This document shows, one piece after another, positions 30,994 through 41,907 of a stretch of 64,000 nucleotides of DNA (position 1 is its first letter; every line of letters begins with the position of its first letter). This DNA is from an uncultured Nitrososphaerales archaeon (GTDB taxonomy: Archaea; Thermoproteota; Nitrososphaeria; Nitrososphaerales; Nitrososphaeraceae), in the NCBI GenBank assembly GCA_963709405.1, contig CAVPXM010000047.1, positions 32,001-96,000 of the forward strand. Direction: 5' to 3'. The notes beneath the pieces were generated by a model. That model saw only the letters and a list, made by a program, of their open reading frames with translations. It did not search any database and was not told the DNA's origin. The translations under genes and the position numbers were made by a program.

Positions 30994-31851
30994 CTAACAA
31001 TCCAAGATCTCTGCCATTATAAGGCCTTGAATTGTTTGTTTAACATCGTGCGTCCTGATAATATTCGCCCCATTCTTCGCGGACTTGATTTCAGCAACAA
31101 TAGAGGGAATAAGACGATCTTGTGTTCTGGAATTTAATAAATGACCGATAAATGACTTTCTCGATACTGAGATGCATATAGGCTTTTGCAAACTTTTCAA
31201 TTGCCTTAAATTTAGAATCGCCTCTATATCTCGAATATAGAATACCCGATCCTGAATCTTGGTAAAGAATGGATTCTTACCTTCACTTCTAAAGAATCCA
31301 ATTGATGGATCAACAATCATCTTATCCTCAGCAATTTTGGCTCCTCTGGCTATTGCTAAACTTTCTTGCAAGAATTTTTTTGTTGCAGAAATTCGCCAAA
31401 AAGAGTGGAGCAAGGGGCCGCCGTATGCGCCAAGGATTATAGGTTTTTTTGAATCTGCTACTATCGTAGCCATATTTGCATCATATTTAAGCCCAGAAAT
31501 GTCATTAATGGCATCGGCACCAGCTTTGATGGCTTCTCTTGCGACCGCTGCCCTTGGTGTGTCGGCTAGGACAGGCACGTTACAACTAATTTTTACTGCT
31601 TTGACTGCGCCAACCATCCGCTTTACTTCTTGATGAAGTGGGATGACAGTCTGTAGATAAGGCGCGGTAGACATCGCACCTATATCTATTAAGCTTGCTC
31701 CCATATCCTCCATAACCTGCGCCATTTTCGCTATATCTTTAAAATTGGTTACCACAGATCGCTTGTAAAACGATTCAGGGCTCACATTAATAATCCCCAT
31801 TACCCTCACAGGTGCATTATCACCTACGCGCAGTCGTCCTATATTGGTCAT
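30994..31851 (-). CDS. folP: Dihydropteroate synthase
   Basis: MGIINVSPESF, IDIGAMST, INDISG, IVDPSIGF, SRKSFIG, IRTHDV. Confidence 0.9.
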   Translation of the reverse strand: MTNIGRLRVGDNAPVRVMGIINVSPESFYKRSVVTNFKDIAKMAQVMEDMGASLIDIGAMSTAPYLQTVIPLHQEVKRMVGAVKAVKISCNVPVLADTPRAAVAREAIKAGADAINDISGLKYDANMATIVADSKKPIILGAYGGPLLHSFWRISATKKFLQESLAIARGAKIAEDKMIVDPSIGFFRSEGKNPFFTKIQDRVFYIRDIEAILNLRQLKSLQKPICISVSRKSFIGHLLNSRTQDRLIPSIVAEIKSAKNGANIIRTHDVKQTIQGLIMAEILDC

Positions 31852-32041
31852 TTATTTGGTACCAAAACATAGTTCACCATTGTTTTTTTATTTAAACAAC
31901 CTTGCATGTTGATAATATTTAATTTCCCCAAGATTAATATAGCACTTGCCATATCCCTCTTGATAAAATAGGCCTATGATACGCCTCGTAATACAGCTTG
32001 ACATTTTAAGTTCATTCCACTGTGAATTATTGTTTAACTAG

Positions 32042-34738
32042 ATGGCAATATGGTGGGTATACTCAATGGTCAGAACGCTTGACAAGACGCACACCGTTCT
32101 CTCCTATATTGAGGGCAGCCTTAAAAATGTGACGATAGTTAGCGGTCAAAACAAACACCTAGGGCTCATTTTTTCTCTGTTAAATCCGCCGGTTCCATTA
32201 GGTGGAAACATTGTCTCACTTGATATATATGTTGACGAAATACCGATTGCAAAGAAATCGATCTTTGTGGCTACTTCAGATGATGTTGTCAATGCATCGA
32301 GTATCTCAGAAAATAGGCCTATATCGTTTAGACCATATCAAAGTGCCAGGTTTTTGATCACAAGGGAGGAAATGTTAGATAGAACCAGGAAACATAAAAT
32401 AGTCATACTCAGTAAGCTCGAAGGATTTGAGCAAATAATTATCCCCTTTACGTTTAGTGACCATGTCGGAGATCAGAGGGAGAGAATATTTATTCCATCG
32501 AATCTTTTCGATGAAACGAATTTTGCTACTGATAGCGAGGACACTATTTTTAAGAATTTTATGAGTCCATTAATTCTCTCTGGAAAAAAAGCATATATTG
32601 TGTGTTCATCAAACGCAAATGTTTCAGCTAACTGGACATGGATGGGAGCAAGATATGATAATGGCGGGCTCTATGTTCCTCCAGTACGAGCATTTGGAAG
32701 GATTAACGTAGAGATATCCAGCGAAGTTGAAGTACGCAAAAGGCTTCCGAATTTTGTTGCTTCGTCCAGACATGAAAATGGAGTTCTCTACACAAGACAT
32801 GAAGTATCTGGGTTGCAGGTTAGAAGAACATTATTTGTGCCTTTAAGTAACAGAGGATTTGTTATGCGGCTTGAGATATCAGACAAAACCTTAGATTTTA
32901 AAAAACTAGGATTAAGGAGAAAAATCGGTAGATCACGAAGAAAAATAAGAATTCACTTTTTGATAGATGGCAATATAACAAGTTATGGTTTGGCGGCAAT
33001 CTCGCAACATAACTCTTCAGAACTGATCGAAGGAGAGTATTGCCTTCTTTTACAAACTGCTGCAAGAAGAGACATAGCACATTATTTTGGAACAATAGGG
33101 GTTTATCCTAAAACTTTGAAACCTTCTAAGGTTCTGACAGATTCCTTTGATAACGATTTGGAGATCTCTTACGACTTGGAAATCGAACCAGGTGAGAATG
33201 TTGAGCTTGCGTTGGTAGCAACTGGAAGTTATATCAGTGCTCAAGATTGTGTTAAAGAATACAAATATCTAAGAGATAATTATCAACGACTGTTACAAGA
33301 TACCGAGATGCATTTCAGAGGTTTGTCTTCTTCTCTCCTTCATATTCAATCCACGCAACATCAGAATTCCACCTTTTTGAAACTTATCAAGGCCTATGAA
33401 AAGGCCAGAATGAGTATGGAGTATTTAAAGGCTGATTATGATGAACTAGGTCCTGGCATTTGTGCAGGTCTTCCTCGTTTTCCAAACTATTGGGCTCGAG
33501 ATACTGGTTGGTCATTGAGAGGGTATCTCTCTCTTGGGGATTACGATTTCGTGTTAGAAGTAATAGAAAATTTTTTTAAGCACCAAGCGCGAAGAACGAC
33601 CAGAGCAGCAACTCGAGGCGAACTTCCGATGATAATTAGTGGTAAGGCGTTTCTTCACAATACTACTTTTGGATCAGCCGATTCTACTTTTTTGTTTCCC
33701 TGGATAATTCGAGAATATGTTTACTCTACAGGAAATGTCAAGTACCTTAGAAATAGATGGAGAAACATAATTGACCTCGTAAATTGGGGTTTTTCAAAAG
33801 ATCTAGACGATGACGGGCTGATTGAACATGGGTTTAGTGGAATTGCTGAGAAACTTCCTATCCAAGATTCGACATGGATGGATCATATCGATCGAAGAAA
33901 GAGTGCAAATGATGTTCAAGCTCTTTTTTATGAAAGCCTGAAAATTGGCACTGAACTAGCTATAATTGTTGGCGATAGCGGTAACGAAAAAAAGTGGTCA
34001 AACCATGCCAAACTATTACAGGATCGCATCGATCGCGTATACTGGAACGAAAAAACTGGGTTCTATTATGATACCATTCGTAGGGATGGAAGCAAGGATT
34101 CAAGCATTAGACCGAATGCATTGATTCCCATACTAACAGGTGCAGTTAGCGAAAAGACCAAAGCTGAGTCCGTCCTGAGAAGGATCGAAAAGAGTGATTT
34201 GACTACTCCTTGGGGAGTGAGAACGCTAAGCTCTCTCGATCCAAAGTACCATCCAACGCTATATCATGACGGGGCAGTCTGGCCACTTGTTACGGGATGG
34301 GCTGCAATAAGTGAAATCAAATATGGTAGGAGGGAACAGGCTCTGTATTATATAGAATCTATGGCTGAGAGGATTCTTTCAGAAAACGGAATGTTTGCTG
34401 AAACCTACCGCGGTGATAGACCTGAGCCCTTCAACTCGTGTATTCTGCAAGCATGGTCAGTTGGGATGTTTATCTATGCTTTGCGTGAAATGATGCTTGG
34501 CATGCAGATTGATATTACTAAAAATCGAATTCAGTTCGAACCTCAAATTCCTGAATCGTTAAAGAATAACTCAGCGCCAATCACTTTTGAACATACACTA
34601 ATCGGAGCAGATGGGAAATGTAGGCTCTACATGATCCTAGACCCTATTCGTGATAAGTTGTCATTGAGCTTCAAGGGTAATAAACCAAAGAATATTCAAT
34701 TGCAAAGCAGTACGCATTCAATAGAAGTAGAAGACTAG
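32042..34738 (+). CDS. Amylo-alpha-1,6-glucosidase / glycogen debranching enzyme family (six-hairpin glycosidase)
   Basis: AGLPRFPNYWARDT, SADST, TWMD, IRPN, WGVRTLS, YHDGAVWP, LQAWS; long N-terminal region. Confidence 0.85.
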   Translation: MAIWWVYSMVRTLDKTHTVLSYIEGSLKNVTIVSGQNKHLGLIFSLLNPPVPLGGNIVSLDIYVDEIPIAKKSIFVATSDDVVNASSISENRPISFRPYQSARFLITREEMLDRTRKHKIVILSKLEGFEQIIIPFTFSDHVGDQRERIFIPSNLFDETNFATDSEDTIFKNFMSPLILSGKKAYIVCSSNANVSANWTWMGARYDNGGLYVPPVRAFGRINVEISSEVEVRKRLPNFVASSRHENGVLYTRHEVSGLQVRRTLFVPLSNRGFVMRLEISDKTLDFKKLGLRRKIGRSRRKIRIHFLIDGNITSYGLAAISQHNSSELIEGEYCLLLQTAARRDIAHYFGTIGVYPKTLKPSKVLTDSFDNDLEISYDLEIEPGENVELALVATGSYISAQDCVKEYKYLRDNYQRLLQDTEMHFRGLSSSLLHIQSTQHQNSTFLKLIKAYEKARMSMEYLKADYDELGPGICAGLPRFPNYWARDTGWSLRGYLSLGDYDFVLEVIENFFKHQARRTTRAATRGELPMIISGKAFLHNTTFGSADSTFLFPWIIREYVYSTGNVKYLRNRWRNIIDLVNWGFSKDLDDDGLIEHGFSGIAEKLPIQDSTWMDHIDRRKSANDVQALFYESLKIGTELAIIVGDSGNEKKWSNHAKLLQDRIDRVYWNEKTGFYYDTIRRDGSKDSSIRPNALIPILTGAVSEKTKAESVLRRIEKSDLTTPWGVRTLSSLDPKYHPTLYHDGAVWPLVTGWAAISEIKYGRREQALYYIESMAERILSENGMFAETYRGDRPEPFNSCILQAWSVGMFIYALREMMLGMQIDITKNRIQFEPQIPESLKNNSAPITFEHTLIGADGKCRLYMILDPIRDKLSLSFKGNKPKNIQLQSSTHSIEVED

Positions 34739-34860
34739 ATCGGATCCTACAGCGTTCCAGTTTTCTTGGGATATATATCAACGGCCTCTGGAAATTCATT
34801 TAGTTTTTGATGAATCAATGCACAAAAAAGATTGTAAAATTATTCCAAAGAAACGGACAG

Positions 34861-35272
34861 CTATACTCTACGACCTCTTCGTCCTCCAGGTTTTCGGGTA
34901 GTATCATGAGGAATCGGAGTAACATCGTCAATTCTACCGATTCGAAATCCTGCTCTCGCCAGCGCCCTAATAGCAGCTTGAGCGCCTGGACCTGGTATCC
35001 TGGGACCAACTCCTCCGACTGCTCTCACACGAATATGAAGTGCGTTTATGCCTTTTGTTTTAGCTATGTCTGCTCGCAGACACAGCAGACTTCATAGCTG
35101 CATAAGGCGATGATTCATACCTATCAGCGGTAACATGCCTTCCTCCGGAGCTAAACGAGATTGTCTCTGCACCGCTGATATCGGTAATATGGACCAACGT
35201 ATTATTATAGCTACTAAAAATATGTGCTACTCCCCACTTAAATTTAAATAGATCTTCGGTTTCGCTACCCAC
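34861..35272 (-). CDS. rps11: 30S ribosomal protein uS11, split by +1 frameshift near 35075
   Basis: [13 protein letters not shown]...ESSPYAAM, then in the next frame [16 protein letters not shown]...[21 protein letters not shown]. Confidence 0.95.
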
Positions 35273-35458
35273 GCCTCTTTTTGATTGTCTGCAGTTATAT
35301 TAACTTAAGCAGATAAGATGATTTTGAAATTCTCTAGTATAAATGTAAGACGAGGTGTGACGCATGTTATTTGTTGGCAGAACATGAAAGGATGATTCTG
35401 TTCATCGCAATCGTTGAAATTGTAAAATATTATATGGTGTGGGCAAGCTAAAATTGCT

Positions 35459-36469
35459 CTAACTAGGAGATGACCTTGACAGGTGGGTGTAACCCCTATT
35501 TTCGAGGATTGAATACCCTCTTCCTTCCTCAGATTTTATAAATACATTTCCCGAGCCCTTCTTAACTTCGCCTATTATTAAAAATTTTATTCTTGATTTC
35601 TTTGCATAAGTTTTAGCTTGGTCAAGCGCTGCTCGGGGAATTGTGGCAATTATCTCATATTCCTCACCACCATGAAATATTAATTCTTTCGAATTCAAGT
35701 TATTGTTTTTCACGAAATCGAGTAGGTCTAGCCCATATGGGATTTCGTTTACGAAAAAATCTACTTTACTTTGACCTGCTAGTTCGTAAAGTGACAATGC
35801 AAGTCCATCACTCGAGTCGATGGATGACGAAAAAAATTTCGCAAGGAGGGTACCAAATCGGATTCTAGGTAGCGGCATCATTACTGAAGCAATGGCCTTT
35901 TTTCTAAAATCTCCCTTGGCCACTGCCCGATCCATGAGGATTTTTAGGCCTGCTGATGGGTAGCCGAATATTCCGGAGACGATAATAAAATCACCAGGCC
36001 TAGCACCAGATCTGCTGGGCACTTTTAAATCAATTCTGTGGGAAAATCCAACAACGCAACAGTCTATAATCAATTCTTTCGCCTGATTTGTATCCCCTCC
36101 TACGATAATGAAACCAAATTCTCGTGATGCCACCCGAAAACCCTCAACCAGACTAGCTATCGCTTTCTTTGAATATGCTTTTGGGATTCCCACCGAAATT
36201 AGAGATACGTACGGTTTGGCGCCCTTGGCGGAAAGGTCGCTGATTACCGAGACTACGCTTTTTCTTGCGACTTGCCATGGCTCCATCCCGGGAGGTACAT
36301 CTGTACTTTCGACTAGCATATCACATTTGAAAACAAGAGCGTGCGATGAGAATTTCATTAATGTCCGAGATGGAATGACGGTAACATCATCCTGTCCGAA
36401 ATCTTTCAGATTATTTTTTTTCAGTTTAGAAATAAACAGTTGGATTATTCGTTTTTCATCTAATTGCAT
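35459..36469 (-). CDS. thiL: Thiamine-monophosphate kinase
   Basis: GQDDV, DMLVE, ISDLSAKGA, VGGDT, RSGARPGD, DSSDGL, GGEEYE. Confidence 0.92.
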   Translation of the reverse strand: MQLDEKRIIQLFISKLKKNNLKDFGQDDVTVIPSRTLMKFSSHALVFKCDMLVESTDVPPGMEPWQVARKSVVSVISDLSAKGAKPYVSLISVGIPKAYSKKAIASLVEGFRVASREFGFIIVGGDTNQAKELIIDCCVVGFSHRIDLKVPSRSGARPGDFIIVSGIFGYPSAGLKILMDRAVAKGDFRKKAIASVMMPLPRIRFGTLLAKFFSSSIDSSDGLALSLYELAGQSKVDFFVNEIPYGLDLLDFVKNNNLNSKELIFHGGEEYEIIATIPRAALDQAKTYAKKSRIKFLIIGEVKKGSGNVFIKSEEGRGYSILENRGYTHLSRSSPS

Positions 36470-37772
36470 CGTATACCAGCTGCGCCTTACTAGCTATATC
36501 CCGGTAGAGAGCACTAGCTCTATCTGCTAGTGATTCAACTGAAATTCTTATAGCATGTTCAGTGTTTGAGGGTCTTATGAGCACCCACGAATTTTCGTCA
36601 ATTACTAATTTAAGTCCGTCGAGCTCTGAAGTTTCGGAAGAGATAGGAACAAGCACATCATACAGCCTCGCAATTAGATCCTTGTGTAAATTAGATTTAG
36701 CGGCGATTTTTGATCGAATTTGAACATATTCTGACGAAAACTTCAAGCATTCATTCATTGATTCCCTATCTAATGATGAAATAAGAACACCTGCTAGTAG
36801 TCCATCCCTACACATGTTAAACTTGGGCATAATGAAGCCAGCGCTACTCCCTTCTCCACCTGCTTCGGCACCCAACTCAATCATCTGCTTAACTACATTA
36901 GCTTCGCCTACTTTCGAGTAGTACACTGATCCATTATGAGTAACAATAAATTTCTTTACTGACGAACTCGTGTCCACACTTATCACGAACTTTCTCATTC
37001 CAAGTTTTATTGCATTTGCTACACAAATGAAAAGTGTCATGTCTGATGTCAATTTTTCACCATTCTTATCGATAACCACTAACCTATCTCCATCTAGATC
37101 CAAAGCCATACCTAAATCAAGAGAATTGGATTTGACCAGCGTTCGCAGCTCATTCAGATGGTCTACAGTAGGGTCTGGATTTCTTGATGGCAAACCCATT
37201 ATATCATTGATGCTTGCAACTCTACATCCCAGTTTTCGATACAGAAGATTTGAATACTGACATGCCGCTCCACAGCCTGGGTCGAGTCCAATCTTTATCC
37301 CCTTCTTCATCTCCAATTTCTGCGCTAGTTCTAATAATTCTTCGATGTAGCTTGAGAAACATCTAAACGAACGACCAGGATTAGTAGACGGTTGTGGATT
37401 TGATCCACCAAGCATAGAATTCAGTTCATTTTCAAACAGCCCCCTGCCTTCTATAATGAATTTTAGGCCATTCCATTCTAATGGATTATGCGACGCAGTT
37501 ACGACACAGCCGGCATTATATTTCCTAGCTTCGCGAAAAACTACAGGAGTAGGTGCTATCTCAATATCATATACATCAATACCCTGTGCAATCAATGCTG
37601 CCTCAACAATTCGAACGATTATATGACTCGATGATCTGGTATCTCTACCCACGACACATTTTCCTCCTGAGCCTATCAGGCCAGAACCAAATAATCTAAC
37701 TAATCTACTAACCTCTAACAAAGTCAGATCTGTTCCATAGACTCCCCTTACTCCGGAGATTGATATTTTCAT
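36456..37772 (-). CDS. Phosphomannomutase/phosphoglucomutase family protein
   Basis: SGVRG, GRDTR, TASHNP, DLDGDRL, VGE, GGEGS, IRPSNTE; likely start ATG 37772. Confidence 0.9.
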   Translation of the reverse strand: MKISISGVRGVYGTDLTLLEVSRLVRLFGSGLIGSGGKCVVGRDTRSSSHIIVRIVEAALIAQGIDVYDIEIAPTPVVFREARKYNAGCVVTASHNPLEWNGLKFIIEGRGLFENELNSMLGGSNPQPSTNPGRSFRCFSSYIEELLELAQKLEMKKGIKIGLDPGCGAACQYSNLLYRKLGCRVASINDIMGLPSRNPDPTVDHLNELRTLVKSNSLDLGMALDLDGDRLVVIDKNGEKLTSDMTLFICVANAIKLGMRKFVISVDTSSSVKKFIVTHNGSVYYSKVGEANVVKQMIELGAEAGGEGSSAGFIMPKFNMCRDGLLAGVLISSLDRESMNECLKFSSEYVQIRSKIAAKSNLHKDLIARLYDVLVPISSETSELDGLKLVIDENSWVLIRPSNTEHAIRISVESLADRASALYRDIASKAQLVYDAIR

Positions 37773-37873
37773 AGAAACTGTAGAAATCCCTGTCATATAA
37801 TATTGATTTGTTATTCGCAACATGTTACATATTAACAATTAAATAGAGATCAAGTAGATTTTCGTTATCTTTT

Positions 37874-37948
37874 GCCCTAGTAGCTCAGACTGGTCAGAGC
37901 GAAGGTTTCGTAAACCTTAGGTCGTGGGTTCGAATCTCACCTAGGGCT
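37874..37948 (+). tRNA. tRNA-Thr(CGT), intronless
   Basis: Acceptor GCCCTAG/CTAGGGC, anticodon arm AAGGT-TTCGTAA-ACCTT, T arm GTGGG-TTCGAAT-CTCAC; no encoded CCA. Confidence 0.95.
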
Positions 37949-37989
37949 TAATAGGCCAATCAAACACCAAGCACAAATGGATGTGACCC

Positions 37990-39511
37990 TCATTCATCGC
38001 TGGGACGTAGATAACTATCGGTGACCATCTTTAATGACTCTAATGATCGACTCAGGTGCGAGCTTTCGATTGGATAAAGCTTGTACGTACTCCGACGACT
38101 TGCGATTCAGCGCATCTATCATCTGATCTTGATGTTTGGGGTTAGGCGACCCTACAGAAGAGCGTAGGTGAACTGACACTTCAGGTGTAACCCCTGTGAT
38201 CGTTTGCATTACCTCTTTAGCACTAAGATCTGTTTTTACCTTTTGTAGGACTTCCTCGACCTGTTCTTTTTTCAACTTCGCCAAGGGCAAATTTCCATTT
38301 TTTACAGCCGTTTCCACGAGTGCTCCAATTAACTTGTGTGCAATACGAAAGGGCATTTGCTTATTTATAACGAACTGTTCTGCGATGTCGATCGATATAG
38401 CATAGCTTTTGTTGGCTTCTTCTTTCATCTTTTCTCTATGAACAGCAAGCGAGTCGATAACCTTTTTCATTATTTCCAAGGAGCTCTGTACTGAATTCGA
38501 GGCTCTCCACAGAGTCGGCTTCATTTCCTGTAGATCTCTACTGTAGCCTGTAGGCAGTGATTTCACAATTGAAAATATGCTATTCATACTACCCAATAAT
38601 ATTCCTGTCTTTCCACGTATTAATTCCAAAGGATCAGGATTCTTCTTTTGAGGCATTGCGCTAGATGTAGAACTGTTCTCCTCTGAAATATCAATATATC
38701 CAAATTCCGAAGTTGACCACAGGATAAGATCTGTCGATATTCTACTTAATGTGGTCATGATGATCGCCAAGGAAGATACATATTCGCACATCATATCACG
38801 CGAGCTCGTCGCGTCTATCGAATTAATCACTAGCCCTTTGAATCCCAGTAGAAGAGCAGTCCTATTCCTATCAATCCGTATGGTCGACCCACCTATCGCA
38901 CAACCACCCAGAGGACATTCATTAATTCTATCATACAACATATACAGCCGATCCAGGTCTCTGAAAAGTGCTTCAGCATACGATAAAAGAAAGTGTGAAA
39001 AAGTTCCTACTTGTGCTTGTTGCAAATGCGTGTACAGTAGAATAATCGTTTCTTTGTTTTCCGCTGCCTTTTTTAATAGGCTGGAAATTAGGTCCAAGGC
39101 GTGTGTACTAATCCTGTTGATATCATCTCGGATCTTCATTCGCATATCCAAAACTACTTGATCATTTCTAGACCTTGCCGTATGCATCTTTCCCCCTATT
39201 TGAAGGCCAGTCCGTTGAATTACAAATGCTTCGAGTGATTCATGGACATCTTCGAAGCTAGTCAGATCAATCAGGGTAGAATTTTTTTCCAATTCCATTA
39301 AGGCATATAGAATTTGCCTTAGTTCCTGTAGGGTCATTATTCCTATCTCGTGTAACATTATGCAATGCGCCTTCGTTCCTATTACGTCATAATATAATAA
39401 TTCGGTATCGTCTTCGCCTGATGAGAGAAATTTAAGCGTGTTGTCTTCAAGATTTCGATCAGATCTGGATCTATACACAGTTGATGCGTTTTGAAGATTA
39501 CTTGATATCAT
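37990..39511 (-). CDS. argH: Argininosuccinate lyase
   Basis: HTARSRNDQV, YTHLQQAQ, SSAMPQKKNPD, LPTGYSRDLQE; last codons probably frameshifted near 38060 (stop 37990 or 38015). Confidence 0.95.
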
Positions 39512-39565
39512 ATATACTTTTTAGCAGTTCCGCCTAGAATTACACTCTGTCTTCAAGCTTTAGAA

Positions 39566-40561
39566 TTATAAGCAAGGACAAACTCGTTTTGAAATGACTC
39601 TAATCCCATATCGCCTGATGAAGGTTATAAAATGGTTTGCAAGATCCGCATTCCCTTCACGTGTTAGAGAGTCTAATTCTATCCACTCATGTTTTTTCTT
39701 TAAATACGATGGTATTCGAAATGAAACTATTATGTCATTTTGCAATAGATTTCTGAAATTTAACGCATACACTAACCTTTTATTTTTAAACGTGATTATC
39801 CTACTATCATTCAATTTGACATGCTTAATATCTCTAAGTTTAAGATATTTAGATACGTAGCTGTAAAAGTCTGCAATAATTGTTAACATTACTGTATGTT
39901 TAGCTTCAGTTGTAAGTTCATTACTGCTAACCTTTTTTATCACTCTGGCAGGGACACCGGCCGCGAATACACCTGGAGAAAGATTCTTGGTAACTACCGA
40001 CCCAGTTCCGATGGTTACTCCTTTTCCGATTGTTACCCCTGGTAATACTGTGACGTTCCATGGAAGCCAAGCTCCGTCGCCTATGATGACGTTTGCAAAA
40101 AGATAGGGATTGCCCTTCAATACATTTTGCCAGGAACTATGAGTAAAGACCAGACAATATCCTCCGATTCCGACATCGTTTCCAATTGATACCCTTCTGG
40201 TTGTATTTATATAAGACCTATAAAGGACTACGCAATTACTGCCTATGATAAACTGGCTAGCTTCACTTTGCATCCCTCCTATTAGCACATCCCTGTCAAT
40301 AATCGTCTGACTACCGATCGAAATTGATTTGAACGCGCTAATTACTGTGCGCTCTTTAACGGTCGTATTGTGCCCTATCGTTATCTTGCCATCAGAAAAG
40401 AGCTTGCAGTCCGTCAACGAAGAGTTTGATTCTATTTGTACCTTCCTAGCCTTAATTTGGACATTGTTAATCTTGGTTCCTGCAGAAATAACAACATTTT
40501 TTGCGTCAATTTTTGAATCTACTAGCTCTGCGCTATTTGCGATATCTATATGTGAGGACAT
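39566..40561 (-). CDS. Hexapeptide-repeat (left-handed beta-helix) acyltransferase
   Basis: Many IGxxxx repeats, FTHS, VLPGVTIG, GSVVTK, AGVPARVIK. Confidence 0.85.
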   Translation of the reverse strand: MSSHIDIANSAELVDSKIDAKNVVISAGTKINNVQIKARKVQIESNSSLTDCKLFSDGKITIGHNTTVKERTVISAFKSISIGSQTIIDRDVLIGGMQSEASQFIIGSNCVVLYRSYINTTRRVSIGNDVGIGGYCLVFTHSSWQNVLKGNPYLFANVIIGDGAWLPWNVTVLPGVTIGKGVTIGTGSVVTKNLSPGVFAAGVPARVIKKVSSNELTTEAKHTVMLTIIADFYSYVSKYLKLRDIKHVKLNDSRIITFKNKRLVYALNFRNLLQNDIIVSFRIPSYLKKKHEWIELDSLTREGNADLANHFITFIRRYGIRVISKRVCPCL

Positions 40562-41333
40562 GATCGAGTATGTGATTAGCTAAATCAATTCCTCTAAAAA
40601 CCTTAACGTCATCCTGAGATGTGAAATATTCTATTATCTGTCTGTACATCCTACCTCCTTTCATCCTAAGTACATTATCATGCCAGATTACCGTGATGAT
40701 GTTGAACTCAGGATTCAAATCCCTACCTTCTTGAATTGTTCGTTGGAATAGAGGAAGAATATCATCTTCACCAACCTGCATATAGGTAAATAAGTAAGCG
40801 TCCATAACAGTAATGGGAAATTCTAATAGACCATCGAATCTATAATAGCCGAAGTCCTCTGCTCCTATTAAATGCTTAAATGTTTTCAAAGAAGAATCAT
40901 AAACAAAACCTAATTCTCGTAGTTTAGCTGGCAGATGGTTACTAAACTTTAGGTAATGTACTCTGTTCGCTTTGACTACTCCCTTGGAAAGCTCTTCCAA
41001 TCCCATTTTTTCGTTCAAGATTTTATCCTTGGCACCTATGGATGATGGATCCGAATGAAGTCCAATTTCCCAGCCGCCATCAATCAGTGATCTTATATCA
41101 TTCTCATAATCGAGGAGTACGCCGTCTTCGTAAATAGTTCTAAAAAAGAATGTGGACCTTATTCCATATCTTTCTTCAATTTCCATATAATCTGGAATAT
41201 TGTAGTAAGGATTGATCCTCGAGGCGTTACTGATAGTCTCTTGATCGAATCGCATCTTTCTTGCGATAATATGATCTAATGGCGGACCTTGTCGGCTCCA
41301 GTCCACGTCGTGGCTCAGAAAAATGCACTGCAA
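40533..41333 (-). CDS. Polysaccharide deacetylase family protein
   Basis: LSHDVD, STFFF, WEIGLH, RVHYL, YDSS, EFPITVMD, IWH. Confidence 0.82.
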   Translation of the reverse strand: MQCIFLSHDVDWSRQGPPLDHIIARKMRFDQETISNASRINPYYNIPDYMEIEERYGIRSTFFFRTIYEDGVLLDYENDIRSLIDGGWEIGLHSDPSSIGAKDKILNEKMGLEELSKGVVKANRVHYLKFSNHLPAKLRELGFVYDSSLKTFKHLIGAEDFGYYRFDGLLEFPITVMDAYLFTYMQVGEDDILPLFQRTIQEGRDLNPEFNIITVIWHDNVLRMKGGRMYRQIIEYFTSQDDVKVFRGIDLANHILDHVLTYRYRK

Positions 41334-41513
41334 TACCTATCTTTGGAGCTAGTTACAGGTTAATTTAAATTTCGATTTGCCTGCCGCAGAAGATCAAGGC
41401 ATCTACTATGTTCAAGCAGGTAGATAATACACCTCCAAAACAAGGCGTATTTTGATAACAGAACTATCATGCAATAGTTATATATGGATTGAGTAGATCT
41501 AATCCTTACGGTA

Positions 41514-41840
41514 ATGAGCCAAGACCTCCAACAAACGCGTAGGTTAATCTTTGATGAATTAACCAAGATAGTTGATCCTGAAATCGGCGTTTCGATAATG
41601 GAATTAGAATTGATCGACAAGGTAGTAATAGATAACGGAAAAGTTGATATTGATCTACATTTGACAAGCCCCTTCTGTCCTGCTGTATTTGGTTTTAAAA
41701 TTGCACAAGATGTAAGAGACAATGTTTATAGGCTTAATGGCATTGAAAATGTAAAAGTAACTGTGAGTAATCATTTCATGGCTGAGGCCATAAATAAACA
41801 AGTAAACGAAAGCAAGCCCCCTCAGAAGTCAAACGAGTAA
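41514..41840 (+). CDS. Fe-S cluster assembly protein, SufT/DUF59 (MIP18) family
   Basis: IVDPEIGVSIMELELI and LTSPFCP motifs. Confidence 0.9.
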   Translation: MSQDLQQTRRLIFDELTKIVDPEIGVSIMELELIDKVVIDNGKVDIDLHLTSPFCPAVFGFKIAQDVRDNVYRLNGIENVKVTVSNHFMAEAINKQVNESKPPQKSNE

Positions 41841-41907
41841 TATTACCTTATATTAATGAATTAATACCAGTTTCATATAGCGCGATCAAAGCAAAAAATA
41901 GTAGTGC

